DNA of 63,725 nt, the filler included, from Reclinomonas americana ATCC 50394 (taxonomy: Eukaryota), in NCBI GenBank assembly GCA_048213135.1. It is 20 parts of 20 records of this genome, joined end to end, with 100 filler letters (N's around TTAATTAATTAA, not from the genome) between each part and the next. Parts side by side here need not be neighbours in the genome. Positions count along the whole stretch, not along the records: positions 9,879 to 13,988 come from AFZH01022302.1; positions 14,089 to 17,178 come from AFZH01022305.1; positions 17,279 to 19,203 come from AFZH01022306.1; positions 19,304 to 21,116 come from AFZH01022307.1; positions 21,217 to 24,214 come from AFZH01022308.1; positions 24,315 to 25,861 come from AFZH01022309.1; positions 25,962 to 27,323 come from AFZH01022310.1; 13 more parts are not named here. One strand, given 5' to 3'. This document shows, piece after piece, positions 13,461-26,130 of this stretch (positions are counted from its first letter, which is position 1; every line of letters begins with the position of its first letter). Position numbers and translations under genes: made by a program. Under the pieces are notes generated by a model. The model was not told the DNA's origin, did no database searches, and worked only from the letters and a program-made list of their open reading frames with translations.

Positions 13461-14101
13461 CTGGTACAAGAGACAAGTGAGAAAGAGAAAGGGGAGAGAG
13501 GAGAGGAGAGAGGAAAGGGGGAGAGGAAAGGGAGAGAGGAAAGGAGGAGAGGAAAGGAAGAGAGGAAAGGAGGAGAGGAAAGGGAGAGAGGAAAGGGAGA
13601 AGAGAGAAAAGGGAGAGAGAAAAGGGGGAGGAAAGGGAGAGAGGAAAGGGGGAGAGAAGGGAGAGAGGAAAGGGGAGAGAGGAAAGAAAGAGAGGAAATG
13701 GGAGAAGGAAAAGGAGGGAAGAAAGGAGAGGGAAGGAGAGGAAAGGGAAAGAGAGAAAGGCGAGAAAGAGAAAAGGGAGAGAGAAAAGGGGGAGGAAAGG
13801 GAGAGAGGAAAGATGAATAAGAAAGGAAGAGAGGACAGGGAGAGAGGAAAGCAAAGAGGAAAGAAAAACGACACTGGAGGAAATCAACGACAGAAAGGAG
13901 CCACGTATCGTTTGCCCTTGAGCAAACAGGAATGAGAACCAGAGCACAGACGCGGAGGGAAAGGCCGACACACGGCAACAAAAGTAAGNNNNNNNNNNNN
14001 NNNNNNNNNNNNNNNNNNNNNNNNNNNNNNNNTTAATTAATTAANNNNNNNNNNNNNNNNNNNNNNNNNNNNNNNNNNNNNNNNNNNNTGTGTACGTGTG
14101 T

Positions 14102-14163
<62 letters not shown>

Positions 14164-14268
14164 GCGACAGGGTTACTACCTACGTGTGCCGTCCTTTGAA
14201 ACATGCTCCCTTTGATTAATTTCGGTTTGTGCGGCGACACGCTTACGTTTGCTCTGCCTGATTCGCAG

Positions 14269-14615
14269 TACCATCGGCGGACTCGTACACGCCAGCGAGC
14301 ATCACCTGTGAGACACAGGGACAGAGTGTGACGGTGACCGGCCATGGGCTCACGGCCAGTGACAATGTGAAACTTGTGTCTGGATCTGGGTGCTCTGGAT
14401 CGCCGTCGTACAGCATGACGACTGGATCGCGCGGAGGATCAGCGGGTGCATGGACGCTGACGGTGACGACGAGTGATGTGAATCTGACGCCGGCGGGACA
14501 GTATTCTGTGTGGTGCGTTTTCACCATGGGTGGTGGTTGTGGGTTGTTCTTGTCTCTTTGCACATACTGCTCTTGCTTGGAAAGGAAAAGTAGGCATTTC
14601 ACTGACTTGATGTGG

Positions 14616-14663
<48 letters not shown>

Positions 14664-16655
14664 TTTCGTGTTTTGTGTCTGACACTCGCGTGATTGCACA
14701 TGCAGCTATCGATTCAACGGCACGGGGGCGTATGTGCAAGTGACATCGACGCTTTTGAATGTCAGTTGAGTGATGATGTGTTGAGGAGAGTGAGAGAGAG
14801 AGAGAGATACAGAGAGTTAGCGTCTGTGGCACACAGTGAAGATGGGAGAGTTAGAGTGAGCAGGTCGTATCTAGGAGCTGTGCAAAAACAAAGGAAGAGA
14901 TCTGCACTGACGGTGGATGGACATTGTTTGTATAGGTAGGGCTTCGTGGTCAATGCTCTCTCTCTTTCTCTCTTTCTCTCTCTCTCTCTCCTTCATGCGT
15001 GTACGCCGTTCTTCGAACGCTACGTTGCATGCAGTCAATTTCCGTATTTCGCTGTGCGAGTGATGTCGTGAGAAGTTTTATCGCTGCGTGCGAACCAGGA
15101 GGAACAACAAGACGTTTAGCGGTGTTCTTACCAGTGTGTCACTCTTCTACAGACAAACTCGCGGAGTCGTTCTCGCCGGATTCGATCGTGGCGGAGACGT
15201 TTGGAGTGCGGCTGACTGTGACTGGACGCGGTCTTGCCAGTGGCGACGGTGCTCGTCTGTTTCTTGGTGCTTCATGTGCCGGAGCGACATCACATAGCGT
15301 GTCGTTGCAATATTTTGGACTGTTTCCCGGATTACGGCTAATGCTTGGTTTTATTCTTGATACGAATCTGACACCGGCCGGGTCGTATGTGCTGTGGTGA
15401 GTGTGGTTGTGTGCATGAAAACGTTGTATGTATCCTCGTTGATTCCGTTTGCTTGTCTTACGTGATGATGATGCACAACAGCTACCAATACGACAACCAA
15501 GGGTCGTATGTGCAGTTGCCGGGCACCATGACTGTGTGTTGCGTGCTGATCATTGTCAGTGTCTCGCATTGTCGCCGCGTGGCTTCGTGTTTTTGGTGGA
15601 AGCTCATTTCCTTGACTGTAATCGCATCACAGACAAACAGGCAGAGTCATATACTGCCGGATTATTCCTTGCAAATGCGGCGGGACAGACGGTGACTGTG
15701 ACTGGTCGAGCATTGACAACGAGTGATGTTGTGCAATTGGTGGCTGGCGGATCGTGTACGAGTGGCACGACGACGTACACCATGACGAGTGATAACGTGA
15801 GTGGGCCGTCTGGAGCGCGCGAGCTGACTGCGTTGACTGGCGATGGCAATCTGGCGGCGGGATCATATCTTGTGTGGTGCGTTTGTTTTTTTCCCTGTGC
15901 GATTACGTGTCCTGTGATGAGCGTGTTTTGTGTAATGCATTTTCCTTCTTTGCGATCACAGCTACCTGTACGACGGGGCGGGTACGCCCTCGCAAATTGG
16001 CTCGTCACTTAATGTCGTAGGAGGTCTGGTTCTGTTCGTTGTTCAGCAAATCAGACGTGCCGAGACTGACATGCTGTTGCGCGTACTAGATTCGTCGGCA
16101 ACGACAAACGCCGCGTCAGCAGTGTCGACCCTCACTGCGACACTGAATGGTCTGGTCATTAATGTTTCTGCGTCGGCCAGCAACAACTACTTTGAGCTGG
16201 CCGTCGGCAGCGGGGACTTCTCGACGGCGTCGGCGGTCAGCGCCTTTGCTGGCAGCTTTGGCACAAAAGACTTCAAGAACGATGATCGACTACATGCGAT
16301 GTTCAATGGTCTCGCTGTTGAGTGCGATATTCTCTGCGGCACGCTATGTATGATTTGTTTTTTCCGCGATTAACATGCATGTCGGTCTATGTGTCAGGGA
16401 ATGACTTCGGATGCACGTGGCAATCTGTATGTCGCTGAATACGTGTTGCGTTGATGTTTGTGTGCGATACTGTTGTTATGTTGCCATGTGTATTAACTTC
16501 GGTGTATGTGCGGACGTGCAGCAATCAATGCATCCGGTTCATCGACATTCACTCGGGAGATGTGTCGACATACACTGGCGGATGTGGCCAGGCACATGCC
16601 TACGTGAATGGCGGTCCGTCTGTGGCGCGTTTCTACGAGTTGCGTTGAATAGCAG

Positions 16656-16688
<33 letters not shown>

Positions 16689-19303
16689 TTTCCTGTTCGT
16701 TTCGAGTATAATGTTGACACGATTCTGTGACACACAGTCCTGTGGGGTTGGACATGGATCGGCAGACGACGACGCTGTATGTTGGTGATGTGCGTGAGCG
16801 CATTTCGCTCTGGCTTGTCTGTGTGTGGTGTTCTTGGTGGATGTAAGTTTGGATGTGTTGAGATTGATTCCATGTGACATTGCCGTTCCATTGTGTTTGC
16901 TTTTATGTGTGCATGTTCGACAGTGTGTCTGCGGACTGTGTGTTATCAATTCGTCGCATCTCTCTCTCTTTCATACCTTGTCTACTGTCTTCTTTCTTCT
17001 TGTTTTCCTTTTTCTCGTCGTTTGTGTTCTGCTTTTTTGTCTTCCACCTGCTTCTTTTTCCTACTTCTTTTCATCTACTTGTTCTTCCGTCCTGCGAACC
17101 CACGTTATTGTTTTCTCTCTTCTTCTTGTTCTTGTTCTCCTCCTCCTCCTCTCTCCCCTCCCCCCCCCCCCCCCCCCCNNNNNNNNNNNNNNNNNNNNNN
17201 NNNNNNNNNNNNNNNNNNNNNNTTAATTAATTAANNNNNNNNNNNNNNNNNNNNNNNNNNNNNNNNNNNNNNNNNNNNTTTTTACCTTTTTCCTTTTACC
17301 TTTTACTTTACCTTACTTACCGTTTCCGTTTCCCGTTCCGTCCGTACCGACCGTACCGTTACGTTTACTTCTTTCTTCTTCTTCTTCTTCTTTTCTTCTT
17401 CTCCTCCTCCTCCTCCTCCTCCTCCCTCCCCCCCCCCCCCCCCCCCTCGGTTCTTTATTTATGCTCCTTTTTGTCTTCCTCCTTTCCCTCTCACTTCTTC
17501 ACATCCTCATCATCTTCGTATTCTTGTTCCTTTTGTTGTTTGAGTACTTGTCCTTCCTCACTTAATTCCGCCTGCTTCTCTTATTCTTCATTTGCTCCTC
17601 TTTTTTCCACCTTCTCATCCTTCCTCTTCATCTCTTTTCCTCTTTCCCCCTCCTTGTTCTCTCTGCTGATTGCTGTTATCGCACAGACCGACAACAATGC
17701 CGTTCGCAAAGTGACCTCTGATCGAACGACGTCCACGTTGGTGGACAACAGCACCAACTTGAACGGCTCACCTGCGCTCAGCGTTGTGTTCGATGTCGCC
17801 TACGATTCGTCGTCGCAATACGTGTACTTTAGCTCGTATAACACTCACACTATTCGGTACGTTTTGAACAATTCGTTTGCGTGTTGTCTATGGACTCTGA
17901 CTCGGTGCATGCAGTCGCATCAAGAGTGACGGAACTGGCGCGATTCTGTTCTGCGGACAGCACAATACGAGCGGCGCCACCGATGGTGACTGTTTGACGA
18001 CGGCTAAATTCACTCAGCCGACTTCTTTTGCGGTCGATCAGGCACGCAATGTGTTGTACGTTGGCTCTGATGCCGACAGGATTGTTCGACGAATCAATCT
18101 GACCACGAACCAAGTGACAACTATCGCGGGCACTGGGGCTGCTGGATCAGCTGACGGAGCTGCGCTCAGTGCGACATTTGACAGAGCAAAGTCCTTGTGC
18201 CTGGACGTCAACCGCGACGTTCTGTACATTGGAGAAGATACCTTTGCCAAGGTTCGCCAACTCGATCTGTCGAGCATGATTGTGTCGACCATTATCCGCG
18301 GGCCAGCGGGTAATGATAACGGGCCACTGGCAAGTGCGCGATTCAACTATGCGGTAAGTATCTTGCTTCTCTGTTGCGCTATGGTTTCTCTGAGTCCAAA
18401 GGAATGGACCGACGCGCTACTCTTGTGTGCAGTTTGGCATTGTTGTGAACGGTAATCGACTGTATGTAAACGGTGAGTTGAAGAGAAGAGAACGAGGTTG
18501 AGGGGTCTCCCAGATGCGTGGAGCATCTTACGTGGCGTTGTTGATTCAGATTTCACCGCGAGTGTGGTGCATCTCATCAAACTGCAACCGTCGACTGCTC
18601 GGATCACGGCATCGCCGAGCACGACCGGAGCTGTCTCTGCTGCATCGGTGTCGAAAGCTGTTGCGCAGCTCAACAGTGGAGCGACGTACTATTACCGTGC
18701 CGTGACTGTGCTGTCCGACTCGACAGTGCTGAATGGGACGACGCTGTCGTTTACAAGTGCGTCTGCGCGTATGTATGATATTTGTGATTGATGGACTGCA
18801 ATGTCTGACACGTGCCGTGATGTGGTGTGCAGCCACTGGCGCATTGACGACTGGGTTCTCACCGACATCGATTGCGGCGACGACGAGCAATGTGCAGATT
18901 GTTGTAACCGGTGTGAACTTGTTGGCAAGTGACGTGGTGCAGGTGGAGTCGGGGGCAACGTGCAGCGGCAGCGGGGTGGCGCTGACGCACGTGTCGGTGT
19001 CGAGTGACGGGACGACGAAAACAGTGCAGACGCCAAGTCCGTCGACGGCACTGACGGATGGACTGTACTCTGTGTGGTACGCGGCTGTGAAGGAAGAGAG
19101 GAAGAGAGAGAGAGAGAGAGTAGGAGGGAGAGTGAGGGAGGGAGTGTGTGTGTGAGTGAGAGGGAAAGAGAGATCAGAAGAGAAGCGAGCGAAGAAGAGA
19201 GAGNNNNNNNNNNNNNNNNNNNNNNNNNNNNNNNNNNNNNNNNNNNNTTAATTAATTAANNNNNNNNNNNNNNNNNNNNNNNNNNNNNNNNNNNNNNNNN
19301 NNN

Positions 19304-19357
<54 letters not shown>

Positions 19358-22300
19358 CTTTATCTCGTGAACGCGACAGCTGCACTTGCAACGAGCAGCG
19401 CGGCGACCGCCGTATCGACGTACACGGCGACGGTGAATGGGTCGATCACGAACAACTCTGGTGCGACGAGCAGCAACTATTTCGAGTTGGCACGATCGAG
19501 CAGCGATTTCACGACAGAATCATTGGTAACGACGTATGCTGGCACGCTGGGTACCAGTGGAACTACCAATGGTGCACGCTTGAGTGCGAAATTCAACGAT
19601 CCGCGAGTTACGTCTCTCCGGCCTGCATCATTGCATGTGCTTGTAAGCTATTTCTCCTGATACTTGTGATCTGTCGTGATGTGCTGGCACTACAGGGCAT
19701 TATTGGCGACTCCGAGGGCAACATGTTCCTCGCGGACGCAGGGTTACGTGCTGTTTGTTCTCAAATGGGCCGCCGCCAATAACGTTTCTTGCTGAAGCTC
19801 TCTTCTCGTCCATCTCTTTCTTTTGTGTGTGTCTCGCGCAGCAATAACTGTATTCGATTCATCGACGTGTCATCGGGCATGGTGTCGACATTTGCTGGTG
19901 TGTGTGGAGCGACTGGAGCATTGGTGGATGGTGCGGCGTCTACGGCGCGGTTCAGCAGGTTCGTGTGGATTTTGTGATTCTGAGATTGTGGTCATTGTAA
20001 GGTTGTGTGTCTGACATGTCGTCGACGATGTTTCGTGCGCGTGTGCAGTCCACGAGGCCTCGCCATTGATCTCCTGTCGAGTACCCTGTTTGTTGCCGAT
20101 GTACGTGCGATAGTGGGCTTTTATTTCCTTATGCCGCACGCCTTCCGTTCTTGTCTTGCCATCGTCCTGTGGCCTTGCGTTTCTGTCGCTCTATTGCGTT
20201 TTATCCTCTTCTTTGCTGTCTAGGCGCTTCTCTGGCTGTTGGATATTTACCATCAGCGTCTCTGTGAGCTCACTCATCTGTCACCACAGACCGCAAACAA
20301 CGCACTACGACGAGTGTCGTCGACTGGGTACACGACGACGCTGGTCAGAAGCAGCAGCGCGACGCCGGCTCCGGACTTCATCTACAATGTGGTGTACGAC
20401 GCGGGAAACCAGGTGCTTTACTTTTCCGAGTTCAATAAGCATACTGTAAGGTGAGGTGGCACGCAGGAAGTGAATAGGTTGCAGTAGAACGTTAGATGGT
20501 GAAGGGGAGTGGAGGATGCGTTCTTGTGTTTGAGCGGGTTTGTTGAGCAGTATTTGTAGTCGTCTATGTTTGAGACTCTCTTCGGCTTCTCCGTGCATGT
20601 CATTGATACGTCAGTCGGAGATGAGATGGGTCAACTCATTGCTTCCACTTTGTTATATATTTGTCGTAGACGTGTGAATGTCGACGGCTCGTCCATTACA
20701 CTGTTGTGTGGTCAATACGGTACTTCTGGTGGCGCTGACGGTAACTGCTCAACCACCACACCAACATTCAACGAACCCGCGGGACTGGCACTCGATCTGT
20801 CAGTCAACAAACTATACGTGGGGTTACGTGGCGGACGCAAGGTTCGACAGCTGGACTTGGCGGCCAGTCCAATGCAACTTGGTACTCTTGTGGGCCAGAA
20901 TACCGGTGGGTTCGTTGTGGGTGCCGCTGCCTCTGTCAAGTTTGTGGATCCGCGCAATCTGTATCTGGACGAGGTGCGACGGATTTTGTACATCGGAGAC
21001 TTGTTAGTCGGCGTCAAGCAGCTGGATCTCGCCACCATGATCGTGTCGGCTCTCACGGTGCCTGCGTTGAGTGCATCTTCAGCGGATGGGCCGTTGACGG
21101 ATGCTGTTGTGGCCACNNNNNNNNNNNNNNNNNNNNNNNNNNNNNNNNNNNNNNNNNNNNTTAATTAATTAANNNNNNNNNNNNNNNNNNNNNNNNNNNN
21201 NNNNNNNNNNNNNNNNAAGCGTTCACACTCGCTGATAGCCACGTAATGTGCTGCAGTGTGCGTCTCTAATGTGCATCACTTTTTCGCAGTTTGGCATGTA
21301 TTTGGCGCAAGGCAATCAACTTTATGTGACTGGTGAGTTGCAGATGTCTTTTTGCGCGCTTGGCTGATTGACTGCGACTGTTCCACTCACTCTGATTCGC
21401 ATTCATCAGAGTTTCCCAGTTCCGCCGGATTCGGTCACACGATTCGCTTGATCACGCTACAACCTGGAGAGTGCCGCATCACTGCCGGCCCATCAACGAG
21501 TGCGTCCGGCACAACCGCCAGCATCAGTGACGCCCTGTCGCAGCTGACACCTGGATCGGCCAACTATTTCCGTGCGGTGACTGTGCTGTCGGACTCGACT
21601 GTGGTGGCTGGATCGACATTGTCGTTCACGACGAGTTGCGTTGACGGAAAAGTAATTCTCCTCTTGCCAGTCATGGCGTCTTATTTTATTCGCCTCAGAT
21701 ACTGCGCCGTCGGCGACGAGCTTTTCACCAAGTAGCATTATTGCGGAAACGAGTGGCGTGCAGATTTTTGTGACGGGCACTGCGTTGCAGGCAGCAGATG
21801 TGGTGCGAGTGGAACTGGGAGCGCAATGCACGGGCGGCGGCACAGCGCTGTCGTCGGTGTCTGTGAGTGGGGATGGAACGACGAAGACTGTGCAGACGAG
21901 TGGCGTGTCTCTGGCAGTGGGATCGTATGCGGTGTGGTGCGTTTTGTGGTGGAGAGAAGCAAGAGAGAGTGAGAGAGGGGGAGTGAGAGAAATAGGGGAG
22001 AAGAGAAACAGGGGAGAAGAGAAACAGGGGAGAACAGAGTGGGAGAGAGAAAGAGAGGGAAAGAAAGAGAGAGGGAGAGTACGAGAATGCGGAGAGGGAT
22101 GAGAGGGCTCAAAGCATGAGATGTCATTGCGTTTGCTTGCGTGGTTGCTAAAGAGAATGAGAGAGACGATGAGAAGGAACGAGGTGACTGTTGCTGACAG
22201 ATGTTGTAGTTGGGTCCATGGATGGACGATTGGGGGATAGATGAAAGAGGGGGTGTTTGGAGAACGGTATCGAGCCAATTCGATACGAAACTAATTGCTT

Positions 22301-22398
22301 TGACCTCCACAGCATCCAATTTGGAGGAACGGGGCTGTGGAGCACAGTGCCGGGGACTCTGACTGTTGGTGCGTTGACGTGTCATGTGTTATGTGGAG

Positions 22399-22449
<51 letters not shown>

Positions 22450-25400
22450 CGTGTATGTGTGTGAGTATGTGCTGTATGTGTGCGAGCGTGCTGACTGATC
22501 TTTGCGCGCGCGCGCGCGTGTGTGTGTGTGTCTGTGCGTCCTTTGCGCCAAGTTGAACTCATGCTGATCGTGATTGTACAATGTGCAGTGGCATCTGCGG
22601 ATACGTTTTCTCCGTCACTTATCGCACCATTGACGAGTGGACAGACGGTGACGGTGACTGGTCGAGCATTGTCAGCAGGTGATACTGTGCGATTGGTATC
22701 TGGCGGCACGTGCGTGAGTGGCACGACGACGTACAACATGACGGGCGCAACATTGGGTGGGTCCCCAGGAGCGCGTACGCTGACAGTGTCGACGGGCGAC
22801 GGCAATCTCGTAGCCGGATCGTATCTCGTTTGGTTTGTGCATTGACATTCATTCACGACTTTCCTTACTCTATCTGAGTGACACCCTCTTGTTTTGGCGC
22901 AGCTACTTGTACAGCGGATCGGGCACGCCGGTGCAAGTTGGCAGCGCTGTCCTCGTTGTCAGCAACAGTAAGTGCACCTTTGTCACATGATGATGTTGTC
23001 AGCGCACATGATTATTGATTTATGTGCTCTCGTTTCAGCTTCGTCGGCGACGACGAATGCCGCGTCAGCAGTGTCGTCGCTCACTACGACACTGAATGGT
23101 CTGATTACCAACGTTTCTGCGTCGGCGAGCAACAACTACTTTGAGCTCGCGGTCGACAGCGGGGATTTCTCGACGGCATCGGCGGTCAGCACATTTGCCG
23201 GTAGCGTGAGTACAAACAGCTTCAGGAACGACGATCGACTCCATGCGATGTTCAATGGCCCGGTCGTTGAGTGCCACTTGCTGAGTGTTATTCGTGGCTG
23301 AATTGCAAACACAAACATGTTGTGTGCGAATAGGGGCTGACTTCGGATGCACGTGGCAATCTGTATGTTGCCGACCTTGGGTTCGTTAAGCTGTGATGCG
23401 GCTGTGTCTGGTCATTTTTTCTTGTCATTGACCGCTGAGTTTGTGCACGCAGCAATCAATGCATCCGATTCATCGACATTCACTCGGGTGATGTGTCGAC
23501 ATACACTGGCGGATGTGGCCAATCACACGCCTATGTGAATGGCGGTCCCTCTGTGGCGCGTTTTCACGAGTTGCGTTGATGTGCTTTTGTGTACGAGCTG
23601 GGTCTCTTCCCGCGAGTGAGTGGTTCGTTATGTTGACATGATGCTACGAAACGCAGTCCTATTGGGTTGGACATGGATCGACAGACAACGACGCTCTATG
23701 TTGGTGATGTGCGTTCTTACAGGCGAAGCATGTGTGCTGTTTGTCTGGCCTTGTCGAAGTGTGATGTCTTCTGTCGTGTTGCTTGGTGGGTGACGCGTCG
23801 TTTGTTGATTTTGCATCATGTGTTTATTGTGCTTGATGATTTGCGTGGCTGACTCGCAGTCAACGAACTATGTTATCTGTCGTTTATGCATTCGTCATTC
23901 GTCCTCCCCCTCCTCCTCTTCCTCTCCCTCTGTCGCTCTCCACTTTCCATCTGTTCACCGCTGAACATTCCCCACCTTGCAGGCCAGCAACAACGCCCTG
24001 CGTAAAGTGACCTCAACTCGGACGACTTCGACTTTGGTGGACAACAGCACCAACTTGAATGGCTCGCCTTCCCTCAACGGAGTTTATGGTGTTGTATACG
24101 ATTCGTCGTCGCAGTACGTGTACTTCTGCTCGTTCAACACACACACTATTCGGTACGTGCATGAGTATTCGTTGATCGCTGCTGCGCACTTGGTCACTTG
24201 TCGACGATTGCAGANNNNNNNNNNNNNNNNNNNNNNNNNNNNNNNNNNNNNNNNNNNNTTAATTAATTAANNNNNNNNNNNNNNNNNNNNNNNNNNNNNN
24301 NNNNNNNNNNNNNNCAGAGGAGAGTGAGCGATATCGGTTTCGTTGTTCATCTCAAAGCGGATCTTGCCTGTAGACTACTTTGCAAGCGTGGTGCATCTCA
24401 TCAAACTGCAACCGTCATCTGTGCGGATTACGGCATCGCCGAGCACGACTGGAGCTGTCTCTGCTGCATCGATATCCAAGGCTGTTTCGCAACTCAACAG
24501 CGGAGCGACGTACTATTACCGTGCCGTGACTGTGCTCTCCGACTCGACGGTGCTGAATGGGACGACGCTGTCGTTTACAAGTGCGTCCCCCTGGGAGCTT
24601 GTACATTTGCTTGTTGATTGCAGCGCTCACTGCCCCTGGTTTTGGGGTCTGCAGCATCTGGCGCATTGACGACAGGGTTCTCACCGACATCGATTGCGGC
24701 GACGACGAGCGGTGTGCAGATTGTGGTGACTGGTGTGAACTTGTTGGCGAGCGACGTTGTTCAGGTGGAGTCGGGGGCAACGTGCAGCGGCAGCGGGGTG
24801 GCGCTGACGCATGTGTCGGTGTCGAGTGACGGGACGACGAAAACAGTGCAGACACCGAGCCCGTCGACGGCACTGACGGATGGACTGTACTCTGTGTGGT
24901 ACGCGGCTGTGAAGGAAGAGAGGAAGAGAGAGAGAGAGGGAGAGAAGGAGGGAGAGGGTGCGGGGAAGGAGAAGAAGAGGATGAAGGAGGAGGAGGGAGA
25001 GTGGAGTGTGTGTGTGTGTGAGTTAGCGTGTGTGTATGGGGAATTGTGTGCAGAAGAAGGAGAGTGAGAGAGAATTGTGGAGTGCGCGGTAGCTAGTGTG
25101 TTTATCTGACATATTACTGTTGTTGATGTTGTGTGCTGTCTTGTGTTGTTCGGTCTCGTGTTCAGCTACTTGTATGGAGGTGTGGGTACGGCGGAGCGTG
25201 TCGGAACAACATCGCTTGTCGTTGGCAATGGTTTGTTGGGTGCGCTGCTGGACGCAGTTTGGGCATTGTCGCGTGTCGATGATTGAATCTCTCTCTCTCT
25301 CTCTCTCCCTTTATCTCGTGAATGCGACAGCTGCACTTGCAACGAGCAGCGCGGCGACCGCCGTATCGATGTACACGGCGACGGTAAATGGGTCGATCAC

Positions 25401-25777
25401 GAACAACTCGGGTGCGGCGAGCAGCAACTATTTCGAACTGGCGCGGTCGAGCAGCGACTTCACGACTGTGTCGTCGGTGACGACGTATGCTGGTACCCCC
25501 AACACTCCTGGAACCACCAATGGTCCGCTTGCGAGCGCGCTGTTCAACGATCCGCGAGTTACGTCTTTGTTGCCTGCATCGTGGCATGTGTTTGCAGCCT
25601 ATCACGAACGATGCTTCTCCTGACGCTTGTGATATGTCGTTATGTGTCTGCACTGCAGGCCATTATTGGCGACTCCGAGGGCAACTTGTTCCTCGCGGAC
25701 GCAGGGTACGTGCACGTGCTACTTCTTGCACTGACGAGACAGCAATCCATGTCTCACTGAGAACTCTCTCTCTCTCT

Positions 25778-25817
<40 letters not shown>

Positions 25818-26060
25818 GTACGTACGTACGTACGTACTACGACGACGTCGAGTACGTCCCGNNNNNNNNNNNNNNNNNNNNNNNNNNNNNNNNNNNNNNN
25901 NNNNNTTAATTAATTAANNNNNNNNNNNNNNNNNNNNNNNNNNNNNNNNNNNNNNNNNNNNCCTAACTTTAGTTTGGTACGTACGGTCGGACGGTTAGGG
26001 GTAAGGGTAGGTCGACGTCGTATAGTCGTGCTGTACGACACTACTCCCTCTCTACTACGA

Positions 26061-26130
<70 letters not shown>

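Noticed and set aside
13390..13981. Long Leu/Ser/Pro/Phe-rich or Arg/Glu/Gly-rich ORFs (also ~31930-32560, 36400-36980, 37860-39600, 60750-61400)
   Set aside because: These are translations of purine/pyrimidine-skewed intronic low-complexity DNA that lacks stop codons by composition.
25815..26062. TACG-periodic and telomere-like (TTAGGGG) sequence flanking a gap; similar sequence at 17279-17370
   Set aside because: It occurs at contig ends after microsatellites and follows a T-A-C-G cycle, consistent with pyrosequencing flow dephasing artefacts. There is no true tandem telomere array.
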